DNA of 38,296 nt from Alphaproteobacteria bacterium (GTDB lineage: Bacteria > Pseudomonadota > Alphaproteobacteria > Micavibrionales > CSBR16-224). Positions within the stretch are counted from its first letter, which is position 1. Each line of letters opens with the position of its first letter. A program made the translations under genes and the position numbers. The notes beneath the pieces were generated by a model. That model worked only from the letters and a program-made list of their open reading frames with translations, was not told the origin of the DNA and did not search any database. The stretch lies in contig SBHI01000085.1 in assembly GCA_006226225.1 (NCBI GenBank), positions 1 to 38,296 of the forward strand, given 5' to 3'. Positions 1 through 9,092 of this stretch are shown here, piece by piece.

Positions 1-423
1 CCGTGGGCGCAAGGAGCACCATAAGTAAAGCATGAGAACCAATCCCCCAAAACCGCCGCATAAAAAGAAAGCGGGATTTGCAAACATCCAGATACCGCGT
101 TCAATCAAGATGACCTCCGGAAGAGAAGAATCGTAATAAAGCCGCACCTTTTCGCCCGTTTCATTGGCGGCCTTCCACTGCGTTGCGTGGATATCACGGC
201 CTGTCACACTTTCCCCATCTACAGTGTCAAAGGAGGCTTCAACATTTTTAATCCCTTTGACACCAATATGCACCCCGGTGACAACGCCGTCAGTCAAAAG
301 GCCGTCTTTTATCAGATCCAAACGCTGCACCAGCGTAAAATATCCGGCAATAAACGAGCAGGCCGTCAAAACAGCACAGGCGAGCAATATGATGAGAGGG
401 TGGGGTTTCTTTTTCTCGGACAT
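1..423 (-). CDS. Small membrane protein with DUF3592-like two-TM topology; 3' end cut by the window edge
   Basis: Absent from the ORF track because there is no stop in the window. My manual reverse-complement translation from ATG (423-421) gives 141 uninterrupted codons: MSEKKKPHPLIILLACAVLTACSFIAGYF...ERGIWMFANPAFFLCGGFGGLVLMLYLW. Hydrophobic N- and C-terminal segments flank a soluble core. The start lies 8 nt after the stop of the upstream co-directional gene. Confidence 0.5.
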   Translation of the reverse strand, partial: MSEKKKPHPLIILLACAVLTACSFIAGYFTLVQRLDLIKDGLLTDGVVTGVHIGVKGIKNVEASFDTVDGESVTGRDIHATQWKAANETGEKVRLYYDSSLPEVILIERGIWMFANPAFFLCGGFGGLVLMLYLWCSLRPR

Positions 424-430
424 GGCACAA

Positions 431-1192
431 TTACGGCGGCGTTAGCAATTCTTCCGCGGCTTCAAAATCGGCGGGCTTATCAACATCCATTCCCATCCCG
501 GGAAAATCGGAAACATACACGCCGACATCGCGGCCGAAACGCTGTGACAGTCTTTCCGGTATTTCCGCAAATGTCGCACCTTCCAGACCCAAAACACGCA
601 ATATTCCGTGCGGGTCTTTGCGGTTTTTTCTGAGATCGTCAAACAAATGCAAGCCGTTCAGCAGATTTCTGAATTTCCGCACATAATAGATCACGGTTCC
701 CGTATAATGTTTTCCATCCACGGGAATATAGGTGCGTTTCGCCTTGATATCATTTTTGTCGTAAGTTTCTTTTTCAACGTAATGCAGGACAAGATCATGG
801 TCATGCGCTTGAATATTCGCAACGGCATCTCTGATCGCCTCCGGTGTCAGAAACACCGCATCGCAAAACGAGATAATATAGCCCCGATGATCTGTTTGAC
901 GGCGGTAATATTTCCAGCGCATATAAGCAATGCCGCGCAGGATATTACGCCCGAGATTTTTGGTCGCTTCAATGCGTCTGTCGACAAATTTCATACTGGA
1001 CAGGCCGTCCAGCTCCTCTGATCCGACAACAACAATTTTATCAATACAGCCGGATTCCCGAAATGCCTCGATCACCCAATCCAGCATAGGCTTGCCGTGC
1101 ACAGGCAGCATCGCCTTGTTGTCGCAGCCATAAGCATCGTAAAGCGGGCCTTTTTCGCCGCCTGCCAGAATAATCAGATTAAGTTTTTCCAT
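431..1192 (-). CDS. MobA-like (NTP_transf_3 / GT-A fold) nucleotidyltransferase
   Basis: 253-aa ORF. The N-terminal Gly-rich nucleotide loop LIILAGGEKGPL is followed by PMLDWVIEAF and IVVVG, the typical layout of MobA/GlmU-type nucleotidyltransferases. It overlaps the upstream gene by 14 nt. Confidence 0.65.
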   Translation of the reverse strand: MEKLNLIILAGGEKGPLYDAYGCDNKAMLPVHGKPMLDWVIEAFRESGCIDKIVVVGSEELDGLSSMKFVDRRIEATKNLGRNILRGIAYMRWKYYRRQTDHRGYIISFCDAVFLTPEAIRDAVANIQAHDHDLVLHYVEKETYDKNDIKAKRTYIPVDGKHYTGTVIYYVRKFRNLLNGLHLFDDLRKNRKDPHGILRVLGLEGATFAEIPERLSQRFGRDVGVYVSDFPGMGMDVDKPADFEAAEELLTPP

Positions 1193-2375
1193 GCGTCAGC
1201 TCTTCTTCTTTCAGTGTCAGTTTTTTCAAGATATCCGTTTTCAGCGTTAAGCCCAACCCTGTTTGCGCGGCATGAGCGCAGACTTTTCCGTGTTTCATGG
1301 ATGGCCCGCCCTGTACAAATTGCGTGCCGTGCAAAATGCGGTGCGAATAGCCCTGAATATAAAGATGGTCAGAATAAGCACAGCCAAGGAAATATCCTGC
1401 TGCCGCCAGAACGGGACTTTCACCGACCATTGCGCCAAAGCTGAATTTCATTTCCGGCGGCTTCTCCGCCAGCATTTGCGCCACCAGACTATAGCCCCCC
1501 AGTTTCGAGAGGCGCATATTCAAAATATCAGCTGCCTGATGGGTCACGATTTTTTGAAAGCTACGGGGAGAGATTAGCGTTTCATCCAGAATAACCGGCA
1601 TAGATATTTCACGCCGCAGCTGCGCATATTGCTCAAAATGCGCATCCTGCAAGACGGCATCGCGATCGCTTTGTCGTTCTCCTTCCGCCGCTGCGGAAGG
1701 CATGGGAATGCGCAAAGGTTCTTCAATCGCCCAAACACCGTATTTTGCCAGATCGTTTATTTTCTCCGGCGCTTCCTCCATGCTCCACGCCCCATTCGCG
1801 TCAGCAAAGACGGGCGCATCCTGCCCCATGAAATTGCGGATTATTTTCAGGCGGTCACCATCATACTCATCCCCGACCTTCAGCTTAAAGGAACGGATAC
1901 CGCTGATGCGGTAGAGTGCAAGCAGAGCAAGGAGTTTAGCCTTTCCGCCCAGTCCGATCGAGCCCGTATAAGGAAGCGGCCGGATCTCCGCGCCAAGGTA
2001 ACGCCCCATATCTTTTTCCTGCGACTGCGCCAGACAATCATGCAGCGCCAGATCGATGCAGCAGAATGCACAGGACGGAAACGGTGCCCCCCAATCCGCT
2101 GCCAGCCCGCATATCAAATTTTGCGCCTCTTCACGGGACGTGATGTCTTTGCCCAATAGCTGCCTTGCAAGACTCTGCGCATCGCGAAACGCGCTCTCCG
2201 CCGTTTCTCCGGTGACATAGGTTCTTGGTACGGATTCTCCCAAGCCAATATGCCCCTGTTCATCTTCCATACAGCACAGCACGGCAAAAACATCTTTATG
2301 CATTTTCTGCTTATGCCCGTAGGAGACACGAAACGGCAAACGGATCAGATTGATATGAATACGCGCAATTCTCAT
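1179..2375 (-). CDS. Enolase-superfamily enzyme (mandelate racemase / muconate lactonizing / dipeptide-epimerase-like)
   Basis: 398-aa ORF with the ordered MR/MLE signature: FKLKVG (KxK), FADANGAW (metal Asp), AIEEPL (metal Glu) and ILDETL (metal Asp). It has a 4-nt overlap with the upstream TSUP gene. Confidence 0.8.
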   Translation of the reverse strand: MRIARIHINLIRLPFRVSYGHKQKMHKDVFAVLCCMEDEQGHIGLGESVPRTYVTGETAESAFRDAQSLARQLLGKDITSREEAQNLICGLAADWGAPFPSCAFCCIDLALHDCLAQSQEKDMGRYLGAEIRPLPYTGSIGLGGKAKLLALLALYRISGIRSFKLKVGDEYDGDRLKIIRNFMGQDAPVFADANGAWSMEEAPEKINDLAKYGVWAIEEPLRIPMPSAAAEGERQSDRDAVLQDAHFEQYAQLRREISMPVILDETLISPRSFQKIVTHQAADILNMRLSKLGGYSLVAQMLAEKPPEMKFSFGAMVGESPVLAAAGYFLGCAYSDHLYIQGYSHRILHGTQFVQGGPSMKHGKVCAHAAQTGLGLTLKTDILKKLTLKEEELTHGKT

Positions 2376-3145
2376 ATTTTTTCCGCAAACAGATAAAGTG
2401 ACATCAGTATCAGATAGGCGCCAAGCAAACGTTTCATCAGTTTTTCCGGCGCTTTATTCGCCCATATTCCCGCAATAAATGCACAAGGAACGGAGACGGC
2501 AAGAATAACAAGGATCGGCTGAACAACAAGATTTCCCTTCATGTAACTGAAAACAAGCAGTGGCCCACAGGTAAAAACCGTTATCAGTAGTGACAACATT
2601 AAGGCGCGATGATATTGAATGCCGAACAGCACAACCAGCCCAAGCGTGATGAAGATCGCGCCGCCACCGCCGAACACACCGATAATGCAGCCTGCCAGAA
2701 AAGACAGTACACCCATCAGGGGTTCCGGCATATGCAATAACTGCTTCTGCTGTTTTTTTGCATTCGCACGCAGAAAAATGCCTGCAATCAGCATAAACCC
2801 CGTCAAACATAGGCCCAGAAAATGATTGCTGAGCCCCGCCCCGATCAGAAGATAGCTGCATACGCTGCCGATAGCAGCTGGCAACGCAAAAACCACATAG
2901 TCGCGAAAAGACGGCTTATGCTGACGTAAATAAGGCTGGATAGCGAAAGAGGCATTTGTTCCGGCAACGGCAAATGTCGCCGCAATAATTTGTCCGGCAG
3001 AGGTTTTGAACGCCAGCAATACGGAGATAAGAAAAGACATACCGGATGCTCCGGTCAAGCCGGTCAATGTACCCGTTACAACACCGAGTATGATCTGTGT
3101 CAGTAATGAGAGATCATCAAGATTGTGCACAAATTTATCCCGCAC
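2372..3145 (-). CDS. TSUP / TauE-SafE family anion (sulfite/sulfonate-type) permease
   Basis: 257-aa polytopic membrane protein with a two-fold internal repeat and Gly-rich helices (GTLTGLTGASG, GVFGGGGAIF), characteristic of DUF81/TauE. Confidence 0.8.
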   Translation of the reverse strand: MRDKFVHNLDDLSLLTQIILGVVTGTLTGLTGASGMSFLISVLLAFKTSAGQIIAATFAVAGTNASFAIQPYLRQHKPSFRDYVVFALPAAIGSVCSYLLIGAGLSNHFLGLCLTGFMLIAGIFLRANAKKQQKQLLHMPEPLMGVLSFLAGCIIGVFGGGGAIFITLGLVVLFGIQYHRALMLSLLITVFTCGPLLVFSYMKGNLVVQPILVILAVSVPCAFIAGIWANKAPEKLMKRLLGAYLILMSLYLFAEKI

Positions 3146-3152
3146 AGTTCAT

Positions 3153-4073
3153 TTATTTTTTTCCGACATCAATGACCGGCTGTGCGTGACGGTCACCGCA
3201 TAGGATAACCATCAGATTGGAAACCATATCCGATTGTTGCTCTTCGCTCATTTTGATGGTCTTATCTTTTGCCAAACGCTCGACCGCCATTTCAACCATT
3301 CCGACAGCACCTTCCACAATCTTTGCGCGGGCTGAAACAACGGCTTCCGCCTGCTGTCTTTGTAACATGGCAGAGGCGATTTCCGGCGCATAGGCAAGAT
3401 GGCAGAGACGCGCTTCAATCACTTCAATCCCCGCTTTGTTCAGCCTGTCCTGAATATCGTCTTTCAGTTCATCAAGAATGGACGGCGGATTTTTCCTTAA
3501 CGAGATTTCATCATCTTCGCTGTCATATGGATGACGGCTCGCCATATTCCGCAAAGCCGCCTCACTCTGTACCGTGACATAATTTTCAAAATCATCCACT
3601 TCGAACAGCGCTTCCGTCGGATTAACAACCTTCCACACAACAACGGCCGAAATCTCTATCGGGTTACCGGCCTTGTCATTGACCTTCAAAGGTTTGCCCG
3701 CCGTGCGCCCCGATTGTTGCAAAATTTTTCCTTCATGGCTTTTGACTTCGGGAATTTGCGCGGAGCCTGTCTCAAAATTCCGGATACGCAGAGAAATGTC
3801 TTTTCTGCTGTAAAAGGGATTAATGAAGTAAAAACCATTGCTGCGAATGGTTCCTTTATAAACGCCAAACAAAAGCAGTACTTTCGCCCTGTTCGGCTGT
3901 ACCGTAATAAAACCGCGATAGCTCAGCAGTAACAATAAACCCAGCAAAACGGCCGGAAAGGTCATTTTCATCGCAAAAAACCAGAATGCGACAGGATGCA
4001 AAATCAGCACCATGATCAGCATCGGCAAGCCGTAATAGGGTTTGAAAATTTTCTCTTGCATCGCTGTCTCCAT
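3153..4073 (-). CDS. SPFH / band-7 (stomatin-prohibitin-flotillin) domain membrane protein
   Basis: 306 aa. Two N-terminal hydrophobic segments are followed by an SPFH core (ISLRIRNFETG...IEISAVVVWKVVNPTEALFEVDDFENYVTVQSEAALRNM) and a coiled-coil Ala/Glu-rich tail (ASAMLQRQQAEAVVSARAKIVEGAV). Confidence 0.8.
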   Translation of the reverse strand: METAMQEKIFKPYYGLPMLIMVLILHPVAFWFFAMKMTFPAVLLGLLLLLSYRGFITVQPNRAKVLLLFGVYKGTIRSNGFYFINPFYSRKDISLRIRNFETGSAQIPEVKSHEGKILQQSGRTAGKPLKVNDKAGNPIEISAVVVWKVVNPTEALFEVDDFENYVTVQSEAALRNMASRHPYDSEDDEISLRKNPPSILDELKDDIQDRLNKAGIEVIEARLCHLAYAPEIASAMLQRQQAEAVVSARAKIVEGAVGMVEMAVERLAKDKTIKMSEEQQSDMVSNLMVILCGDRHAQPVIDVGKK

Positions 4074-4143
4074 CTATCATCAATCCATTGTTAAAAAATC
4101 ATAGCACCCGCCCTCTTGTTATCAAAGTGCTATGTCCGCAATC

Positions 4144-5232
4144 TTATTTAATATCCTGAAAGGTAATCGTTTTCGGGTCAGTGAAGGACTGCCAGTGACA
4201 ATGCGCCGCACGCTCTTTCAGCAATTCTGCCATACGCGCATCAAGCGCAGCTTTATTTGTACCGACATCACGGATATAGATTGCAAGAATTCTGTCCGGA
4301 TATTTCTTTAAAATAGCCGCGTAAACCTCCGGATCTTTTTCCCCCGAGTCCCCGACCAGAATAAATTTTTTCGCAGGCGCCTGTGCGATAATCGTTTCAA
4401 TCGCGCCAACCTTATAGGCCAATGGGTCGGCAAACAAATTCAGGAAACTGCGGTCTTTCATGCGAAAGTTTTTTAAATAAAATGCGCCTTTGGGAAAGCC
4501 CGCACCGGACATAAATGTATCGAGTTCCGGATAAAGCTGCCACGGGCTGGAAGACACATAATAAAAGTTCACATTCTCTGCTGTTTCGTGCCATTTTTTA
4601 TAGAGTGCCGCCATATCGGGAACGGCCTGAAACTCTTTTTGAAACGTATTTTTTAAAAGCGCGGATTTATCCAGAACATTGCTGATCTTAATCGTATCAT
4701 CAATATCTGAAATCACGCCCAGCCCGTCCGAAAAAATTCTGATAACCTCACCGGAAAACCGCCGCTGATCCGCCTCCGGCAAAACGGCATGGATCTGCGC
4801 AACTCCGTCCGATAACAGGTCTTCACTGAGCGTCACAAGCGCTTGAAAATGACCGTTCTTTTTTGTTTTTGGCATTTGATAATTCCGCTGCCCGATACGA
4901 ATGTAAATATCTTTGCCACGTTCATTATCCGTCAGGAACCACCCGGCACGCCTTTCCAGGACTGTTGAATCTTCCTCATCTTCAAGCTCCATTGTTTTCT
5001 TGAACAGTTCCAGGTTCACGCCTGCAATCTCGGGTTCAAAAACCCAGCCATGGATTTTCAAACGGTATTGGCCTGTCGCAGGATCGCGCGTTAATTCCGA
5101 AGGAAAGAAGATAATGTGTTCATCCGCTGCCAGCCCCCTCGCCATTGCGGTGGAGAAAAATAAGGCCGTGCAGAACACGGCAAATACCACCGCAGAAAGA
5201 AAATATTTCACGTCACTCGGCGTTTTGCGCAT
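4144..5232 (-). CDS. App1-like (DUF2183) phosphatidate-phosphatase-family HAD-type phosphatase, secreted or membrane anchored
   Basis: Contains the DxDxT motif ISDIDDTIK and a distal LVGDSGEKDPEVY motif. The N-terminal signal/anchor is YFLSAVVFAVFCTALFFSTAMA. The ORF track extends to 5301. I prefer ATG 5232 (MRKTPSD...), which still overlaps the rhodanese 3' end by 20 nt. Confidence 0.7.
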   Translation of the reverse strand: MRKTPSDVKYFLSAVVFAVFCTALFFSTAMARGLAADEHIIFFPSELTRDPATGQYRLKIHGWVFEPEIAGVNLELFKKTMELEDEEDSTVLERRAGWFLTDNERGKDIYIRIGQRNYQMPKTKKNGHFQALVTLSEDLLSDGVAQIHAVLPEADQRRFSGEVIRIFSDGLGVISDIDDTIKISNVLDKSALLKNTFQKEFQAVPDMAALYKKWHETAENVNFYYVSSSPWQLYPELDTFMSGAGFPKGAFYLKNFRMKDRSFLNLFADPLAYKVGAIETIIAQAPAKKFILVGDSGEKDPEVYAAILKKYPDRILAIYIRDVGTNKAALDARMAELLKERAAHCHWQSFTDPKTITFQDIK

Positions 5233-5737
5233 CCACAGATGTCCCTTCAAATACCAGCCGCTTTTCCTGTTCCTCATCCGAGACCATCTTTCCATCCGCA
5301 CTGCTCCATAAATTCAGGCGGTATATCTTTGTATAGCCGTTCGCTTTTAAAACCGGATATGCCTGCATGGTCATGGCAATCATGCGTGTCGGGAAAAAAC
5401 TGTAGTCGCAGGCCAGCACAACCGGCGTATCCTTATCGGGCACAGCCTCCGACAAGATTTTCTCCGTCAAATCAGTCAGCGGTATATTCACAGAACCTGC
5501 CAGATGACGATAGGCATAAGATTCTTTGGAGCGAACATCCAGCACAACAACCTCCTCCTTCTGCTTTAGCGCCAGAAACTCCTTCAAATGCAGTTCTTCC
5601 GCATGGGACGGCAGGGCTTCTTTGAACTGATCCAGCGTTAAGGCCTGCACCGGCTCCTGTTGCGCATGGGAAACAGCCGGAAACAGGCATAATGCCAGCA
5701 TCAAACCATATACGGAAATTTTGAAACGCATATGCAA
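5213..5737 (-). CDS. Periplasmic single-domain rhodanese-like protein
   Basis: 174 aa with a cleavable-looking signal peptide (ISVYGLMLALCLFPAVSHA). The rhodanese core is VVLDVRSKESYAYRHLAGSVNIP, and the candidate active-site loop is VVLACDYSFFPTR. Confidence 0.65.
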   Translation of the reverse strand: MHMRFKISVYGLMLALCLFPAVSHAQQEPVQALTLDQFKEALPSHAEELHLKEFLALKQKEEVVVLDVRSKESYAYRHLAGSVNIPLTDLTEKILSEAVPDKDTPVVLACDYSFFPTRMIAMTMQAYPVLKANGYTKIYRLNLWSSADGKMVSDEEQEKRLVFEGTSVDAQNAE

Positions 5738-5765
5738 TCCTTTCTTATAAGATATTCATCCGGTT

Positions 5766-7769
5766 TTATTTCTTTCCAGCTTCCAGAAAATTCTGGTCGG
5801 AAATAAGATCCACCCGCTGTGCATTACATTGTTTTGTTAAGCGCCCGTCCTGTTTCCAGCACACATCAAAAATATAGCTGACACGCTGATGGCCGGGCTC
5901 ACTTGTAAACCCCCAGAGCTTTTTAAAAGACAGACTCTGATCCGGCTCCAGAACGCGGTCAGATGATGGATATTCCCAATAATCTTTGATATCGCCCAAG
6001 CCGCTCGTCGCTCCTGTCCCCGCACTAATGAGATTAACCGAAAGTATTTCAACCGGCGCTTTGCTTGTATTGGTCATGGTCACGGAAAACTCACTATGGC
6101 CATAGATGACTTGTCCATCGACATTATTTGTTGAAAGCGAATGATACACGGCCCTGTCCGGCTTAAAAGAAAGTACAACCTTCTTTCCCGGTGCTTTCGG
6201 ATCCGCTTTTATTTTTTCAATTTTCTTGCGGATGCTTGCCGCGGAAATATTTTTGTCCTGCTTCTTATACGCCCATTCAAGCCATCCGAGCATCCCTAAA
6301 TCAAACGGGTTTTTCTCCAGCTCCTGCGATGCAAATTTTTCTGCCTCCGTATAATTTTTCTTCTGGGAATACAGACGCAGAATCTTCAGCGCGGTTTCAT
6401 GATCAAAGCGTTTCATATAGGGCAACACCAGATCGGGCAGAAATGCGTATAAGCCTCTCTGCGCAAAAATATCGATAAAGCGCGGATCAGTCGGCGCCAT
6501 ACGCGCCGCTTCTTCATAATATTTCAACGCATCAACAAAAGCGAACGCATTCCGGAATAACAACTCCGCCAGCATAAATTTTGCCAATGGATCAGTGCGT
6601 TCCTCCAGCTTTTTAACAACTGCGCTCAACTCCTCTTGCAATGGAAACGCACGCATATCATCATAATGCTTTGCAGTACCGTAAATTTCTTCCAGGCTTT
6701 TATAATAAGGTGTGTTGGCATTCATCAAAGAAAAGCCGCCATCATTTAAGAAAAAGAGGTTTTTCAAAGCTTCCGACATATCAATGCGCCACAGACCATC
6801 CAGCTTTTTCATCAGGATCGGCATAAAACGCGGTGCCGGCGTTTTGGAATAGGCGACGGCGTAATCACCGTCGATCTCAATATATAACGGCTCGGAGCGT
6901 TCAATATTGCGCAAACGATCCCGCTCTTCATAAACGGCATAGGGATATCGCTTCCGCATTTCCTGACTGCCTTTCGTAAACAGCGGCAGTTCGGGATAAC
7001 CGATATAATCCCTGAATGATCGTTTATATGCGGCGATTGTTTCTTCCGGTTTCGCTGCGGGGGCATAGCGTTTTAATTCAGCGTCCGATAATGCCTTTTT
7101 ATAATCGCGGTCAAAATCGGCTTGGGTAATATCCGCTTGCGCTCCCGCACCGCCGGAATACATGCCTGCGATCATTTTATAGTATTCCGTATCCTTATAA
7201 CTGCCATGAATTTCAAAATTACCGTAGAAAGCCTGCTCAATCGCACGGTTTTCCAAATAGCGGACAACATCCATAATCGCCATACCAACAGCACGGTATG
7301 ATGCATAGGGCGCCAATTGATCATGGGCAAGCAATCCCAATATCGCATCCGTATACAGACCTTCCAGCGTAAGAGACGGCTCAATCCGTGCCTGACGGTT
7401 TTCCGCATCAATCAGAATAAGCAGTCCGCCTGTTTTGGCGTTTTCACCGACTTTATATTGTTTGAAAAGTTTTACCGCCGCTTTTTCAATGGGAGTTGCC
7501 CCACCACGGAAGGTTATGATTTTCAGCTCGATCCCCAGCGTTTCATCCCATCGGCGCGCGACCTCATCAAGAATATTACTGAAACCGCCTAACAGATTGG
7601 CACGATCCTCCAGATATTTGCTGTCAAGCTGCGTGAATTGCGCAGCCGGAAATACCGCGGCCGTTCCGCTGTTCCTGATACTTCTCTGGATATCCCATAC
7701 GGCCGCTGCCACAACAGCCAGACATAGAATGATGAGGAGATTTCTTTTCATCACTTTTCTCCGCCGCAC
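5766..7769 (-). CDS. TPM-domain (YgcG-like) protein with TPR-like helical region and C-terminal beta domain
   Basis: 667 aa with an N-terminal anchor (LLIILCLAVVAAAVW). The TPM-like segment is LEDRANLLGG...LGIELKIITFRGG...AAVKLFKQYKVGENAKTGGLLILIDAENRQARIE. A helical repeat region (ALKYYEEAARMAP..., NYTEAEKFASQELEKNP) follows. It sits immediately downstream of LemA, which is the usual pairing. Confidence 0.6.
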   Translation of the reverse strand: MRRRKVMKRNLLIILCLAVVAAAVWDIQRSIRNSGTAAVFPAAQFTQLDSKYLEDRANLLGGFSNILDEVARRWDETLGIELKIITFRGGATPIEKAAVKLFKQYKVGENAKTGGLLILIDAENRQARIEPSLTLEGLYTDAILGLLAHDQLAPYASYRAVGMAIMDVVRYLENRAIEQAFYGNFEIHGSYKDTEYYKMIAGMYSGGAGAQADITQADFDRDYKKALSDAELKRYAPAAKPEETIAAYKRSFRDYIGYPELPLFTKGSQEMRKRYPYAVYEERDRLRNIERSEPLYIEIDGDYAVAYSKTPAPRFMPILMKKLDGLWRIDMSEALKNLFFLNDGGFSLMNANTPYYKSLEEIYGTAKHYDDMRAFPLQEELSAVVKKLEERTDPLAKFMLAELLFRNAFAFVDALKYYEEAARMAPTDPRFIDIFAQRGLYAFLPDLVLPYMKRFDHETALKILRLYSQKKNYTEAEKFASQELEKNPFDLGMLGWLEWAYKKQDKNISAASIRKKIEKIKADPKAPGKKVVLSFKPDRAVYHSLSTNNVDGQVIYGHSEFSVTMTNTSKAPVEILSVNLISAGTGATSGLGDIKDYWEYPSSDRVLEPDQSLSFKKLWGFTSEPGHQRVSYIFDVCWKQDGRLTKQCNAQRVDLISDQNFLEAGKK

Positions 7770-7774
7770 AAAAT

Positions 7775-8431
7775 CTAAAACTGGACTTTAACAGCCTTTG
7801 CCGCACCTTCGTCGGCTTTAAAATACGCTTTGCGCTGAAACCCGCCCATACCGGCCACGAGGCTGGCAGGAATTTTACGAATGGCGGCGTTAAATTCTCC
7901 GACCTCTTCATTGAATTGCATCCGTGCAACATTTATACGGTTTTCCGTGCCCTCCAATTGATATTGAAGCGCCAGCATATTTTCGGCGGAACGCAACTGC
8001 GGATAATTTTCCACCAGCCCGAAAATCCGCTGCACATTTTTGCCGACCATCATCTGTGCCATTGCCAGCTGCTTCATATAATCATCGTCTCCCAAACGGG
8101 CCTTGGCATTTTCCGTCAAGTCTGTGGCCTCTTTGTGATTGGCAAGCAAGTCTTCGACCGCTTTTTCAAGTTCCGCCGTCTTGCTGCGCTCTTTGGTCAC
8201 AGCCAGCAAAACATCATGCTCCTGCTTCATAAAGCCTTTTACGGTACTCACAAGATTGGGGATCAAATCCGCACGGCGCTGATAGTTACTTTCGACCTGC
8301 GCCCAGCTCTGCAAGACGCTCTCTTCCTTAGCGACAAGGCCGTTATGAATCTGCATGAAATAAAATGCGGAAACAATAACAGGCAATACAAGAATTAGAC
8401 CAAGTGATGCTGAATTTTTTGCCGCGCTCAT
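7775..8431 (-). CDS. lemA: LemA family membrane protein
   Basis: 218 aa. An N-terminal TM is followed by the conserved LemA core: NGLVAKEESVLQSWAQVESNYQRRADLIPNLVSTVKG...ENYPQLRSAENMLALQYQLEGTENRINVARMQFNEEV. Confidence 0.85.
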   Translation of the reverse strand: MSAAKNSASLGLILVLPVIVSAFYFMQIHNGLVAKEESVLQSWAQVESNYQRRADLIPNLVSTVKGFMKQEHDVLLAVTKERSKTAELEKAVEDLLANHKEATDLTENAKARLGDDDYMKQLAMAQMMVGKNVQRIFGLVENYPQLRSAENMLALQYQLEGTENRINVARMQFNEEVGEFNAAIRKIPASLVAGMGGFQRKAYFKADEGAAKAVKVQF

Positions 8432-8539
8432 TACATTATACCTCTTTATAAAAATTTTATTTCTTTATACGAATTTAAGTCTAACTTCTCCCGCAATACT
8501 TAGCAATCCGCACGTCAATTCAGGATCTGATGATCAGGA

Positions 8540-8573
8540 TTGCTAGGCAGGCATGGTTACTGTATATACAGTA
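8540..8573 (+). promoter_or_regulatory. Candidate sigma70-type promoter (TTGCTA-N17-TATATA) overlapped by a perfect 16-bp palindrome, TACTGTATATACAGTA
   Basis: TTGCTA at 8540-8545, a 17-nt spacer, then TATATA at 8563-8568. The palindrome at 8558-8573 covers the -10 hexamer, about 35 nt upstream of the yjdM ATG. Confidence 0.35.
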
Positions 8574-8607
8574 TATAAAATAGCCCGATAACAGAAAGAT
8601 AAATAAC

Positions 8608-8952
8608 ATGAGCGAACTACCTCCCTGTCCGAAATGTGAGTCTGTCTATGTTTATGAAGATCGCGGCATATATCATTGTCCCGAATGCGGGCATGAATGG
8701 TCAGCCGCCGACACCGATGGGGGAAGCGGCGGCAAAACCGTGCGCGATGCAAATGGCACGGAATTAAAAGACGGCGACACCGTAACGGTTATCAAAGATC
8801 TGAAAGTCAAAGGCTCATCCTCCGTTGTCAAAGTCGGCACAAAAGTCAAAAACATCCGTCTTGTCGAGGGTGATCACGACATTGACTGTAAAATCCCCGG
8901 CATTGGCGCAATGGGATTGAAATCCGAATTTGTCAAAAAGGTCTCTGATTAA
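8608..8952 (+). CDS. yjdM: PhnA/YjdM zinc-ribbon protein
   Basis: 114 aa. It has an N-terminal CPKC...CPEC zinc ribbon and the highly conserved C-terminal domain [50 protein letters not shown]. Confidence 0.9.
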   Translation: MSELPPCPKCESVYVYEDRGIYHCPECGHEWSAADTDGGSGGKTVRDANGTELKDGDTVTVIKDLKVKGSSSVVKVGTKVKNIRLVEGDHDIDCKIPGIGAMGLKSEFVKKVSD

Positions 8953-9092
8953 CGTCATGGACGGCCGGTCATTCACCGCACCGACCGCGCTTACGGATTG
9001 CCTTTTCCAACCTCAGAACATAGACTATATGCTGGGTGAAGATGAACGCCAGCAACATATCTTAAAGATCGGACTATGAAAGGCACTTTTCC

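Noticed and set aside
164-633. Plus-strand ORFs 164-445 and 187-633 from the track
   Set aside because: They have odd composition and no RBS. They lie antisense to a cleaner uninterrupted minus-strand frame (1-423) and to the 3' end of the nucleotidyltransferase gene, in an otherwise all-minus operon.
5233-5301. Longest-ORF start of the App1-like gene (MRMERWSRMRNRK...)
   Set aside because: It would overlap the rhodanese gene by 89 nt. The internal ATG at 5232 immediately precedes the signal/anchor sequence.
8558-8573. Canonical LexA SOS box upstream of yjdM
   Set aside because: The half-sites match CTGT/ACAG, but the spacing is 4 bp rather than the 8 bp of the E. coli-type box. It also does not match the GTTC-N7-GTTC alphaproteobacterial type. 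It is reported only as an unexplained palindrome.
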